From Lingula anatina (lineage: Eukaryota; Animalia; Brachiopoda): 64,000 nt of DNA. Both the position numbers and the translations under genes were made by a program. Positions 39,356 to 54,200 of the stretch are shown here, in pieces. How positions within the stretch are numbered: the stretch's first letter is position 1; each line of letters opens with the position of its first letter. Under the pieces are notes generated by a model, which worked only from the letters and a program-made list of their open reading frames with translations, did no database searches and had not been told where the DNA came from. The stretch lies in assembly GCA_051362555.1 (NCBI GenBank), contig CM120640.1, forward strand, positions 68,550,788-68,614,787, written 5' to 3'.

Positions 39356-42210
39356 ATTTATTCGTGACTACAGATACGCATGCACATATTCATCACGTCG
39401 AAATAAAAGTCAGAACGACCGCAAATGAGGTTTTCGTGATACTTTGAAATGTACTGCACACAGGGAAATTCAAGGAAATTAAACAGATTGAATTTCTTAG
39501 TAAACTGAAGAGCACAGGGCCCTCCAGAGGCGTAATTGAGATGATGATGATAGGCCTAACAAAACAAAACAAGTATTGTGACCAATTACGTGACAATGTT
39601 TGGAAATATCATTGGGTTAACAAGCACATCCGAAATAAGGTCAAACAACAGGTGTTTGCAAAACACAAATGCTCCCCGGTGTCATCAACCAGAGACTCCC
39701 ACATGACAGCTCGAGACTCCGGAACCCGTTATATCTTTTAAAAACATATTGAAGTTTTAATCCGACTTGACAGATAGGTTTAAGAAATACTTGAGCAAGC
39801 ATCGGGAGTAGGCCCTTTTATTTTTTTACAGGCAATTTATTAATTACGTTGTTAACTGAAAGATGGATAAAAGGGATTTTTGTCAATTGTCTGACAAACA
39901 GTGTTCACTTTACATAGTAATACAGTGGACATGTATATTTTTCCTAATTCAACGTATTATCGAGTTTAAATAATTCTTTATGTTTTTTTTTACGAGGGTC
40001 ATCACGTTTAAGTGAAGAAAATATTTATGCCTGCAATCTGTATCAATCTGCACCCCCTTACTTACTAAAATTAGTTCATCGTTATGCTCCAAAACGCAGT
40101 TTAGATCAACCAATCAATTATTGCTGATGCCATATTGAATGCAAGATTGAAAACATACGAGCGTACGTCGACATAGCTCTTCAAGTCTATGGACTAAATG
40201 AATATGAATGGCATATTCTCCCAATGTACTTAATAACTATGTGTCTGGGAACAATTTTAAGAAATAACTAAAAATATTATTTTCAAGGTGTTTTATAACT
40301 GATTTGACTTGTATTTTATGTTTACATTAAACTTTAATTTTACTATCTTAATATTTAACTGTCTTTTTATATATCGACTTAAAGTCTGTAAAGTCTACTG
40401 AACATATTAAATGGATTTTAGACTATAAATAAAATTAATGCTATTATTATTGTTATTATTATTATTATTATTATTAACATGACGACTGATTCTTATCTGA
40501 ATTTTTTATCAAAAGAATGTTTCGGAGAAAAAAGAAAGAGCCACGCAGTCTAATAGATCAACTCAGTGCCAAAGCGCTAATATTCAGTGTAGTAGTAGTA
40601 TACTGTCTGTTTACATATGTGAAATTCACCTTGGACATCGTGAACCTTTCTTTTTTATTATAAGTACAGTGTAAATGACAATTTTAAAAGCGTGTTAAGC
40701 AATATGTAATTGATAGCCCTGCCAGACCGTCTGGAGATCTCATTTATCTTATTTTCCAGTATGATTTCCTTTTTATTCAACCATGACAACAGATACGCAC
40801 AATTCGTCGTAAAAAAACAGAACGACTGCAAATGAAGTTTTCGTGATTTTTTTTAAATGCACTACACGCAGGGAAATTCAAAGAACGTAATCAGACACAA
40901 TTTCATGGTAAAGTAAAGAGCACAGGTCTTTCAAGAGACGTAACGGAGATGCTTACAGGAATAACAAAATAAAACAAAGAACAAAAATGTGACATGCATC
41001 GGGTTTACAAGGACATCCGTTATAAGGTCAAACAACAGGTGTTTTCAAACACAAACACTCTTTGGTAATTGTCAAATCATTCTACATGTACAAATATATA
41101 TCCATCGGTCAGACACGCTTTTGTGTTGAAGGTGAATTGTGACCTTAGCTTTTGACTTACTGACATACAATAGCAATTATAAGGTTTAAATTCCAAACGT
41201 GTGTTGAATAAAACAGACTAAAAGACAATTGGGATTATTATTTTTTGTCATTTCTCTCGATGCAATGGGAGTGAGGGGGGGGGGGGGGGTTCAGTGTTCT
41301 CCTATCCTTAGTTTCGGAGGTATCATGTTCATCTTCCTAAAGGAAACAGGATATCGAACGAGAGGGAACAAAACCTAGAAATCTATCCAAATCCCTGTGC
41401 TCTTCATCTAATACAGTTAGGCCCTATACGATTCTCCTGGTCTGCACGTAGCAATTATTTTATTCTTGTGCCCACCCTAGCCCCATAACAAAACCCGGGA
41501 TCAGTTACATGCTACATTTGCACAGGTAGCTAACTTTGATAGGTCGCAAGTGATTCTCAGTTCTCACCCCCCCCCCCCCCCTCGCGCGACAATGTCCTTC
41601 ATTCTCCATTAAGCTGGTTTGATATTTTAAATGCCTACATTTTGCACGATTTTATCGTTAGGCCCTATATAAAATTTTATTCATACCTTTTCATATCACA
41701 ATCTTTGTGGAATAAAAAATAATCATTTTTACAGTAAAAAAATGTGATGCTCTATTCATCACTCTGCACAGGTTGACCAAGCGTTAGACTGCATTCCCAG
41801 AGTTTTGGATCGATCCATCCGGATCGACCTAACTCCCTGGGGGTTCACACTAATTACCCCCTTACAGCTTTTAGTAGGCGGGACAGACATTTAAGCCGGT
41901 TAAGCTGACACCAATCTAGTGAGACTCCCGATCGATCTAAATATCTACAGGTATGGGAAAGGGGTCTAAGTCGGGATAGTGATCAATTTTATTGCAGCGC
42001 ATTAGGCCTACTACCCTCTACCATGGCAACAGATATTATAGGCACATTTTCCACCAGTCACAGTTAGAAGATTGACCATATTTAGCCAGAGACATTCTGT
42101 GTGAGCATCTAGTGAAAAATCAATCTGGTACTAAGGGTAGCGCATTAGCAGAGTGATCATCCTGTAAAGTGGCGACGTCTACAGGAGAATAATTGGACAA
42201 GTTGGCAATC

Positions 42211-45200
42211 ATGGCAGAACGTGTGAAGCCGGGTGAGTTTTCATGAGTTTTCTGCAATTAATTCGGTAAAGCAGGAGTATGAACGCGTTTGCAAACTACA
42301 CTGATATGTACCATAATAATATAATTAGAAACCATCTTTTAACATTTAAGAGACTGTACAAAATGGCATCTCGCTGCCTCTCAAGGGGGATCCCGCCTCC
42401 ATGTCAAATTAACAAAATTTATTAGACTACATAGTACATACTGCAAAACAGACACTAACTTTAATCAATTTTCTTTGTTGCACTGTGAGAGTTGAAATTT
42501 ATTCCTTAACCCATGGGCCATGCACAACCTTCTTGATAAATAAGACCCGTTGCTCTTAATTTGCCTCAGTTGCTCTGACTTTGAAAAGAAACGGTGTATT
42601 TTAAAGAGACATATGAATTTAGCAGTACTAAAATCCATGCGTTAGCACTCCTATTTACGACCTCTGATATGTATGATACGATATAAACTATGTACTAAAG
42701 ACCATAAATAGGAGTGTTAATGCATGTATTTTCGTGGTAAAAGATTTATTGCTTAATGGGACAATTAAAGATACACTCTTCTATGTACATTGTACTCCAA
42801 GTCCCACATTACTTTATAGCCATGCTGATGTACTTGGGTAGAATCAGCTAGCCTATATCATGTATGTCTAAGTGCAACTCTGATGTTCATGGTGTGTTAT
42901 GACATATGTGATGCTATGTAGCACCTCTGGCATTTATGTTTTATGTATATCCCCAGCCGTGCCGGCCCATGAGATGGATACAAATGTACTGTTTGAGAAA
43001 TTTACAGTGGATGAGATTAGACAGATTGAGAGGAAAATAAGGTACACATGATATTGCATCCTGAAATCCTTAACAAGTAATAGAGATTAAAAGTCATCAT
43101 TCGTGGTTTTTTTTAGACTTTATGATCACAGTAGCCCAATAGATGTCAGCACTTTACATGGCCATCAAATGTAGAAATGCGTTATAACTTTTAGACGTAT
43201 TAATTTTTTCTTATAAAAAAATGAAATCTTTTATTCCTATGTATGAATACAAGTATATCACGTTATATCATAATTGCTATCATTGTGATTATTTTTTTTC
43301 TCTCACTTATTTCAGATCTGATATTGAAAGAAAGAAGGAAGACTTAAGGCAAATGGTTGGGTATGTTTTATAGTTCATTATTTCTCTATTTTACTGATAT
43401 TGAGAACACAAAATGTATCTGTATTTTAATCTGCTGAATGTTTAAGTGTACAGTATAAGGTGTTCTATTACACTTTCAGTGAGAGATACAGAGACCTGAT
43501 AGAAGCAGCTGACACCATCTCAGAGATGAAGAAAAGTGCAGAAAATGTAAGTTATGGGTACACACCTTGGCACTGGTTGTAGGTACTATTTTACTTTAAA
43601 ACTGGTTTGATCACAGTGTTAAACTAAATATCTCAAAACTGGACTAAAACTAGGCTATTCCCTAGGTAAAGCACTACATTATTTTTATCACCACCATTCC
43701 AGATTATCAAAAACTTTCATAGTCCCATTCATGGCCATTTTTATCATATAACCCCACTGATGAATTGTCCCTATTACTTTAACAATGTAACAAATTGTTG
43801 CCTGTATTTTTTGTTATGGTCTGAGGGATAAAACATGTATTTTATATTCATTAATTATACTAAATATTTTGATGTAATGAGTCATCAAAAAATTATTATT
43901 TACAAAAAAATTTTGATCCTTTTTCATTCCCCTGTGATATATTGTCTTTGAACCAGTTTAAATCCAGACAAGAACTGAAATGGACGCAATTTAAATCAGC
44001 ACAATAATGTTCTTTCTCAATGAACACCATTTGGTGCCATGTTTCCAGGTGACTCGTTCCATAGCCAGTATGCAGGACTACTGTAAGAACCTGAACCAGA
44101 CCCACATGGTGAGGGGGGCCATACCCCAGCACAGACCCAAGGGTGACACCCAGAAGTAAGAACACACCTGAGCAACTATTGCCGATATGCACAGAAAATT
44201 TTATGAGGATTGGTTTTAAATAGAAGTGAAAGCAGTGCAATAGAATACTATTTTGCCAAGTCTGTTTCACATTTCCATAGTTTATACAAGAGGAGAAACC
44301 AAATTATGAATGCTAAGAAAATAAACTGAAAACAGGAAAAAATACTTAAACCATCCTACTGTGAATGCATGAAAAAAAAAGTGAAAAAACATTTTATCAT
44401 TTAATGTTTCATACAAAATTCTTATTTGACATAGAAATTTTTTGTGCTGATGTTGACATATATGCCTAATTTTTTATTGCAGGAAAAGGGATAGGCTGTC
44501 ATTTTATGGAGTTTCTTCACAGATAAAGCTTCTGCTGGATACCCCTGAGAGAGTATGCAGACTTTGATTGGTTTCTGTTTTTTTTTTTATTTCATGTCCT
44601 AGATGTTCATTCTGTTATAACTGTCTGGAAGGAATGTATTTATGAAATACTGCTATAGGCTTGAATGTAGAAATTATCCTGTTAGAATAAAAAAATTCTT
44701 TTGTTTGTTTTTCACAAAGTCATTTTGTAGGTTAACTTTATATTCATATAAAACGGGCAAAATTAGTATAGAAAATAATGTAATCATCGCTGTAATCACC
44801 TGTGATGTTTCAGATTTGGAGCTCTGTGGAAGAGGGTCATTTCCTTCAGGCCACCCAACTGTACTTGCTGGCCAGGCACGTTCACACTAGTCTACAGATG
44901 GACTCACAGAAGACAGGCAAAATTCTGTCACATTTTCCCGTACTCAGCAAACAGTGGGCTGCCATCAGCCATTTCAGAACAACCGTGCTACAGGTGAGCA
45001 GGTTACCCTGCTAATTGATCATTAAACATCTGCGGTTGTCATACCAATATGATTTATTAAACAGATCATACTTGTGTGGATGATGTGACGTTTTTATTCT
45101 TGAATCTGGCTTCTAACAGATTTCTTAGGATCACTTGTAAGTCTTCTGTAGCACTTTAGATCAAAGGGCACATGGAATTATACCTTATTAGGGGTGACAC

Positions 45201-48200
45201 TGTGGTGACCTGGAATAGTGTCACAGATGATAAACTATATAGTATGATTTTGCATTAATAAACAACCCAGAATATTTATGCTTAATTTGTAAAGGTGTCT
45301 TTTCTGTCGTTATCAGGGGTGCAGGAACACACTAAAAGATGCCACAGTATCGGAACAGGTAAAGATTTCTGTCAAAAATAATTTTTAAAAATAACTATAA
45401 TGCTCAATATTACTTAAAAGAAACTTACTGAAATATACGCAATATCTGTTAATATGTGAGTCCTTATAAGGTTCTAAATTTATATGGAATTAGGTTGTAT
45501 TTATAATGTATGGATGTCTGTCTTCAGTTTACAAGTACTGCTGTATATGTGATCTTGTAATGAACAATATATCACTATATATCAGCACCCTGGATATTAG
45601 GGCTGATTTGTCATTTGCCTCAACATATCCATGTAAGTCTGAATTTGATATTAAGGGTGCAAATTGATTTGATGTAAAAAATGATGTAATTTATTTTTAG
45701 ACTACAGCGGAGTGTCTGTGTTCTATCATGTTACTGGAGGATAGTACACCAAGACAAGTCTTCAATGAGTTCCTTCTGGCTAGAACAGTATGTCAGCTCT
45801 TCTGTATTACCTTGGTTTTCATGGATTTACATTATCACCAGTAATGTGATTACTGGTTAGGATAAAAATCTCGGGAAATGAAAACAAGTGGTGCTTAGTT
45901 ATCAGTAGTTTCAATAAAATGCAAAAGGCGTTTTTTTAAATTATATAAATCAGCCCCCCCCTCTCCCAAGTCACAGTCAGGAGTGAACTTGACTTATCAA
46001 CAAATCAAACATTTGTTTGATAGTTTTTAGAATCCTTACTATATTGTTATTTTTTTGTTGAATGTACAATTTGATATTTGTCAACTTTATAATTGGTTCA
46101 CTTACTACCACATCCCAGAGTGCAGTTGAGCAGCTGTTCCACCCCAGTCAGCAGTCTGCCAGTATCAAACAGCAGGTCTGCAGTGTGGTACAACTCATTG
46201 TCACTACCATACAACAAATACATGCAGTCTTCTACTCTGACAGCACACAGACAGACCAGGAACCAGGTAACACCAGCACTTCACTCTGTTTTATTGTTTT
46301 GAATTGTTGCTTGATGTATTAACAGGACAACAAGTTCTGTCAGCCTGGTGTCTGTGTTGATGGGTAATGAGATTAATTATGAGGCCAACTGCTTAGCAAA
46401 TGCTGTCTTCTGCAAACAGCAGCTATTGAGTCTGAGTTGAGTGTGAGTCACTTTTTTATATACCAAATGTATCTCTTCTACTCTTTCCGTCCATTCACAT
46501 ATTGTGATTTTACAACAAAAGTCCAGTCAGGGTTTTCTGTTTTAAAGAAAAGTAGATTGTTGTGTCTGAATGATAACTGTATTTGACTGCTGCCTCCTGT
46601 CTTTAGAATGAGATTAAAGTTGTGAAGAATTACTGCTTAATCTGGCACGGCTATCTTTTCAGCTCACAGTAATCTCCTGCTGAAAATTGTGGAAGAAGTG
46701 ACAGAACGAGGTAAGGTCTGAGAAATAATTTGGCATGATCATACCTATTAAATATTCATGTACTCTCTTTGAACTGAATGGACTTTCTGATCAATAAATT
46801 AAGTACATAAATCAATTGAATGTGATTTAAAAATGCAAAGATAATGATGATTGATATTATATATTTAATCATAATTTAATATATATATATATAATTGAAG
46901 GAAAAAATGAGTTTGTAGTATTTATAATCTTCCAGGAGGAGTCATACCTGGTCTCCAGTCATCTATCTCTACACAGTATTTGCCTAAATCAGTGCTAGGT
47001 GAGCTTCACTGGGACATTGTTTATTCAATGTATTTGATGTAAAAAAAAATCAATACCAGCATACTTAGCAAAATTTTACTAGCATTCTTTAATTTTGAGC
47101 TTAAAAGTTTACTTAGGGGCTTGAAGGGAGAGAACCAAGTTGTAAAATGAAAAGATAAGTAATAAAATGCGTTAGCTCCTTTTCAGCAAGTGAGTGAGTG
47201 AGACATTCTCTCTGTTCCAGATTTCAGACCATCTTTAAAGAGTCATGTCAGCCCCATAGCTGCACAGACACTACAGGAGAACTGTACTCAGTGGGTGGAC
47301 AGGTAAGTTAGGGGACAGGAACTCTCCACTCACTATGAGGGCACCTGTTATAATAGTAATAATGATAATATTTTCATTTATCCTGGCACTGTGTAACTTG
47401 TTAATGGGTGGTGTGTGGGAGGAGATGGATATTTTTAAAGAATTGAAGCTAAGGCTATCTGGTGGATAAGCATGTCCAGTATGTACCAGTGGTTGTGGAA
47501 TTTGTTTACAATTTCAGTTGTGTACAAGCCATCAATAGTGGTGTGAGTAAACTACTGGGCTATGTGAATACAGTGAAAGGAGTGGCTGGGATCAGAGATG
47601 CTGTGTGGGAACAGTTGGCCAATGTAAGTACAATATAACAGCAACACAGCTTTTAAGAGTCTAGTTTGTGAACATTCTTTATGTTTCAAGTGCCATAACT
47701 TGAAGACGATATTTTCAGGTAACTCTAATCTCAAGTCACCCAATAAATGTTTGGAAAATGCCAGAGATGAGTGACAATGCTTCAGGAAATTGACAGACAT
47801 ATTTATTTTTTTGTACAAATTTGACATTTGGGATTCTTTATTAAAAGGAAAAATATAACATTCTTAGTTTGGCCCATTAACTACTACAACACAGAAAAGT
47901 TCTGGAATTTAACATTATGATCTTGCAAGTACAATTTTTTTTATAACACCATCGCATCCTGTGTTTTGTGTTATGCAGGCCACACAGATCAGTGAGTGGG
48001 ACAACATATGTGGACACATTCTGAAGAGAAAGGTTCCAGTGTGGGATGAGTTCATAAGGCCACTGTTCCTGGCCAGACTCCAGGGTATACTACAGAGCCA
48101 GTTTGACAGCACCCTCAACATGTGTAAACAACACATGACCAGGGTGATGGCAGATGTGGCTGATACTGCACAGAGGTAAGAATTATTTACTAGGGGGAAA

Positions 48201-51200
48201 AATATATGTTCTGAAAGCAGTTTTGATTATTTTGTATTTAAGAGATTAAATCCCATAATTTAAATCCCCTAAATATTTTTTTCAGATTGGAAGACATGCA
48301 AGGGAATCATTTTATTATTCTTTATCATCTTTTTGTGGAAATTTTACTCAAAACCAAAACTGTACCAGTAGAAATTTATAAAGGAGATTAGCACAGTGGT
48401 TCCTCGGGTTCATCACATCCTTGTCTGTTTTCAGATCTGCGGCCTATGAGTGTGCGGTGGGGTCCTACATCTGGAATGAGAGTCAAGGAGACATAGTTAA
48501 CAACAGTGCCTGGGTGGCAGCCAGCAATAAGACACTACTAGAGAGTGGAGGGCTACTCATGAAGGCCAAGGCTTACACTCCAGCTGTACAGAGGTGAGTA
48601 CATAAAGAATAAATCTTGTCTCTACTGGAGAGTGGGTGGGGGGGCTACTCATGAAGGCCAAGGCCTACACTCCAGCTGTACAGAGGTGAGTAGGTATGGT
48701 TCATATAAACCACTCTACAGTATGTCTCAGTGCTGTTTACAATATGTCTGGCATATTTTTTGGCCCTCATTAAGACTGGCTGTTATATAACATATCTTAA
48801 CTCCCTGGGGAGGATTCGGTGAATAAATGAAGAGAAATATTTAGGGTGATTGATTTTTTTATCAAATACACGTTGAATGATGCAAATAGTAATAAATGTA
48901 GAAGTCTTGCAGGGGCCACAGAAAAATGAGGCAAATGACAACGGACATATTCCTTTACTTGAGCTTTATTTGAAATGTCTCAGCTTGAAACAGCCGTGTA
49001 ACTAAAACAAAGAAAATACAATTGTCACTTATTTGTCTAGCTGGTATCACCACTTACTTCTCACATAACATCTGAGTTTATGAAAATACAATTAGCAACC
49101 TGGTTATTAATTAAGAAAACTATATAATATAAACAGAGAAATGCTGGTAATGTACATCATGTACAAAATTGGCATAAACATCTTGTCATTATGCCTCTAC
49201 TGGGTAAATACATAAATAATGCCACTGCACCTCTGCACTCCTCTGCACCACACACTTAACTGGCCCACACACTCCTCGGTGTGACAACTAGGACTGTTCA
49301 CTTATGCTAATGAGGTCCTTTTATTAAAGAAATGTGATAGATGTGCTTGCTCAGCATATCCGATGCAAGAAACCATAAACTAAGTTTGATACAATCATTT
49401 TTGTTCTTACAGAGTCATTGTGACAGTTTGTCACAGTTTGTCTGGGCAAGTCATGGAATCACTTAGAAAATTGCAGTAGTCTGCTCTGTAAGGCTTCATT
49501 CACATGCAATGTCTATTTTCTAAATTCTATTTTCTATTCGCGGTATGTCTTATGATCACGGTCTGTGCCCTGAATATCCCGCGGCGTAATTACTGGCAGC
49601 GCGAGCCAGTTACTATAAGTTACTTTAAGTAACTGGCTCGCGCTGGCAGTAACTACACCGCGGGATATTCAGGGCACAGACCATGATCATAAGATACCAC
49701 GAATAGAAAATAGAATTTAGAAAATAGACATTGCATGTGAATGAAGCCTAAGGCACGAGCAAATTTCCACCTAAAGATGCACTGGGCTAGTAAAAGAAGT
49801 TCAAATTTTATGTAACATATGCCTGTTCCTAGTAACCTACAAAGATTTTGTCACAGACTGTTGTATTGTGAGTTTGTCTTCATTTTTTTCCATAGTTTAT
49901 GTGGTACATTTGACAGTAAGTTAAAAGCCCTCCTTGAAGACTCCAGTTACTACATCAAGTCCTCAGACACCAAGCAGACGGGACAGCAGCAGCAGGGCAA
50001 CATGGAACCTTTTGATCGCTTTATAGATGAAGACAACATCAGGGATTTTATAAGAGAAGGCTGCAAGGACTGTGTGAAGAAGTAAGGCTGAAACTATACT
50101 GTCAGATGTCCTCTTACATAGATAGTTCCTTTTTTTTTACCTATTACAAGCAGAATACAATTATATTCAAGTAGTAACACTAACAAAACAAAACAAAAAA
50201 CATTACACATACAATCTCTTACAACTTCAAACATTGCTGAACATAATTGGCACTGCGTTTATATCACCTGTATTGCTCAAAGTCTATGCAGTCATCTCTT
50301 GACTGTTTCGTTTTCTTTTCCGTCTGAACACAATTTTCATCACTTCCACATGTACAAAGTCTTGTATTTCTTGGACAGCGTGACCATGTCCCCATTTCGA
50401 TAGGTTAACTATGGGCACTCAGTCGTAGTCGAGAACATGCTGTCCTGACCATTATACATTGTATAATGGGTACATATCATGTATAGTCAAATTAGGATTC
50501 ATCTTTGAATTTGTGACTGATTTAGTTCAAATTTCTTATTTGATTCTTTATTTGTGCTCTTTTTCCTCTATAATGCTGTCCCACACATGCATAAAAGAAT
50601 CATCTACCATACCAGATCTTGAATGAAGAATCTTTGTCATAAACACTTTTTATGCAGTCAGTTCAGGTATACCTGGTTCATCTTATATTATGTCATTAGG
50701 AATGCTTTGTCATTCACTCTATAATGTTTTGATAATCACGAAGTAGGATGACTGTACTGCTTTAAAACTTGAGCATCACTAGGACTGGCAATCATACAAA
50801 ACAGAAGACATTAATGCTGTGAGCATCACTTTTTCCGTCATAGCAAATAGGCAGTCTGTGTTTAAAATTAAATGACACAAACTTTAAAAGTTGAGATTGC
50901 TTTGCAGTAATTTGTTGTATGACTGCTTCCACACAACCACCAGTCTGACTAAATATTACTCCTAAATAGGTATGCAAACTATAATTTTTAGCCATTTTGT
51001 CTGTTATTGCCAAAGGTATCTTATCATTTTCGTCCCTGTTTATAAACTTTGTTTTGCCATCTTTGATCAACATGCCTCGTCTGTGGTAGAAATTAGGCAA
51101 AATTAGCTGTTTTCTTTCCGTCTTTTCTCTTCTGGTGGCCAGAATGACAGTGTCATCCATCAGTAAGAGGCAATGTTACCAACTGCCACAAAAATGTCAC

Positions 51201-54200
51201 GAGGAATTAGAGACCATAGGTCTCTGATGAACTCCTCAATATATATCTTATACAAAAAGCACCTAGATGGGCTCCCTTGCTGAACCCAATTGTAGCAGTT
51301 CCTAAAATGTATTTGGTGTCATACTAGAGAGTAGTTATTGCACTAATCATGGTTGTGCCACATCCAAGGTGACATAAGGATCTGATAAGAGCTTGACATG
51401 GGATTTGGTCTTATGCATTGGAAAAATTTGACGTACACAATGAAAAGTTCTACTTTTTTGCTTAACAAGCAGTCATCTCAACACTTGTTCTTTGCACCCG
51501 CTTCTTTTTTGGGGTGTCTGCTTGCTCCCGTGATGACTTAAACCACTTTCCAAGTCTAGAACGCAAACTTGCTTTACTCTTTTTCAGTCGAACCCTTTCC
51601 TTTCAAAAGACTTGTTGACCTGTGTATTTTCAGTAAATGGGCTCCATTGTGTGTGGTATTTTAAAACTATTTACTTTTGTACCATGCTTTCGAAATTAAT
51701 TAAGATGATCTGATTTCTATCACATTTCTTAGAATTCTTCACATGTTCAGAATGACCATCCTTGATATTTATTTGTTTTGTTTTCTTTACAAAGGCTGTT
51801 GGACCATATAAACGAGGAACTAGAAGAAGCAAAGAATAGTCTCCAAGAGTTAGATAATAAAGTGGACCAAAGAACATTGATAAACAGGTGAGGCTTGTGA
51901 AACAATTAATATGTGATTTATTCCATGTAATACAATTAGTAACCTCTACAGATTGCATGGCAAATTTGTTAAATCTTTTTGTCATCCTACAGCTTTTGGT
52001 AGTGCAGTGGCATTTCTGTTTTACATGATATGTCACCTGGATTATAATTATATACATTTATGGTGAGGCTGAGTTTTGATTAGATGTAAGGATAAGTTTT
52101 CAGGGTTGAAGTCAGTTATTGTTATATTGCATAACTTAATATGTGTATACAGTAATGTGATTGTGTTTTTAAACCACTGTTCACATCATCAGTCAGTGTA
52201 ATGGTTGGTGATGACAGCATTGGTCAATAGTGAGTTCCATCAGAACTCCAATTCCCAGATATAAAAATGTATATAATATTCTTTGCTTATTACACAAATG
52301 TTTCTAACCATACTCTGTGGGTTCCAGGGTCCTGCTGTTGGGCCGTCTGTGTGGTGGTCTGTGTGAACTCAGCACCCACATGGAGCAGTGTGTTGTTATG
52401 CAGAAACACAAAGAAAAAGAGTCTGTGATAAGGTATGGGACATATTGTATGTACAGCCTACAGGCACGTAGTTGACATGGATATCTGGTCTTCACCTTGG
52501 ATTAAGTTTCAGTTTTAATTATTCATTTACCTGGAATAAGAAAAGCAGGTGGAGATTATCATTTGATTGTCATAAGATTTGACTTGGGCTGTAACTTGGG
52601 CTATAACTTGGTCTCTTCTGCTGTGAATTCAAGGAATCAATACAAGACAATGTTTGACCTTTTTACCCTGTAAAATTACTTCCCTACAACCAGTGGTCAT
52701 TTTGTACACTACTAATTAGTCTTATATCCCCAGGGTCCCAAAGAGAACTAAGAGCCAGGCAAAGACGGAAGACCCACACTGGTCAACTGTGAAGAACTCC
52801 TTGGTGGACACTAGCCATAAGGCATACAGGTAAGCACTTATCATAAGGCATACTGGTAAATACTGGTCACAGGGCATTCAGGTAAATATTGGGCACAAGG
52901 CACACAGGTAAATAATGACTGCAAGGCATACAGGTAAATACTGGTTCTATAAGGCATACAGGTTAATACTAGATCAGGCATTCTGTTAAATGCTAGCCTC
53001 AGGACACACAAGAACCAGGAGCATCAAAGTAGACACTTTAGGCATAAAGTTAAACACCTTGCAGCCACACGACATCTTTGTAAACACTTGTCATTAGGTA
53101 GCCTTGGAAATGCTGATTGAATGAAAGAAAGTTAAGGTTAGAAAGAAACCACAATTTTGAAATACTAATACACTTTTCCTTTTTATGTAACCAGTTCACT
53201 TTTTCATCACTGTTTTAATTACCTCTCAAACAATTCAAAGAGCAATGCCAAGGGACCTTTGACATCTGATCTGCTGGTGCTGCAGTTTGAATCAGATGAG
53301 GTGCATTTGTCACCCAACACAACTGAGTAGTAAAGGTCAGAAGACCTTGGGTGCTAAGTTGGGGGTGCTTAGTGTTAAACATGAAGGCGTTTCTTAATTA
53401 CAAAATCAAAGTTGATTATTTGCTTCAGAATATGTAATGCTATCAGATATGTATGTATGAATAGAAAAAAGACTTGCCACATCTGACAGATGTTATTTTT
53501 TTAAAAATAAACCCTCTTCGGTGAATGTCAGTGTTATATGTACCCACATCTTGTTCTGTGTTTTCAGTATATGGTGTCAGTGGCTCAGCAGTTGTCTAGC
53601 ACAGGAATTAAGTTCTACATTGCAGCAGACGGGCACTTCCATTTTAGAGAACAGCACTGTAAGATTGTATTTTTTATCTTACATTTCTTTAAGTCTTCAC
53701 TTCTTTCCATTGAAACATGATTATTGATATTTTGATTAATTCTAATGCTGTAATCATCTTATTCATGAACAATAATGAAAATCTTCGTGACATATTTAGA
53801 GCTGGGATGAGGTTGAGATTCAAGAAGAGACTGAAGATGGAGCCACTGTTGCCTCCAAGATTCGAGTGCCCATGCTGCCATCTTGGAGCGTGCAGACGTT
53901 GCTGTACAAGCTGTGTGAGGAGATCAACACAGTGGGAGGCCATGCAGTCAGGAGGTAAAGTATGAGAGGCTGTTCAGAACTACCTAGTGTGCACTAACTC
54001 CACAGGGACTCTTGCTTAATGCAATCAAAGCAACAGACTAACATGCCTCCTCTTGTTTCCAGTGTACTCGTGTCACCAGTATCTTTGAATTCTACTCAAT
54101 GTAAGGAGTTGTTGTGTTACTCTGTTTACCGATTGCATTCAGCAAGAGCCCCCCATTCACTGTTCTGAATGACCCTTCTACTGAATATCAGTTTAACATA

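Larger units (their letters stand above)
36875..41055. repeat. Old degenerate tandem duplication upstream of the GPCR (unit 1 ~36875-39670, unit 2 ~39730-41055)
   Basis: Collinear matching blocks, e.g. GACAGATAGGTT.AA(A)GAAATA at ~36911/39769, GACTGATTCTTATCTGAATTTT at ~37198/40485, TAAGGTCAAACAACAGGTGTTT at ~39636/41023. Confidence 0.85.

Noticed and set aside
41760-42200. Structured ncRNA upstream of COG1
   Set aside because: Only short GATC palindromes and promoter-like words (CCATGGCAAC at 42021); no tRNA, snRNA or snoRNA signature could be supported.
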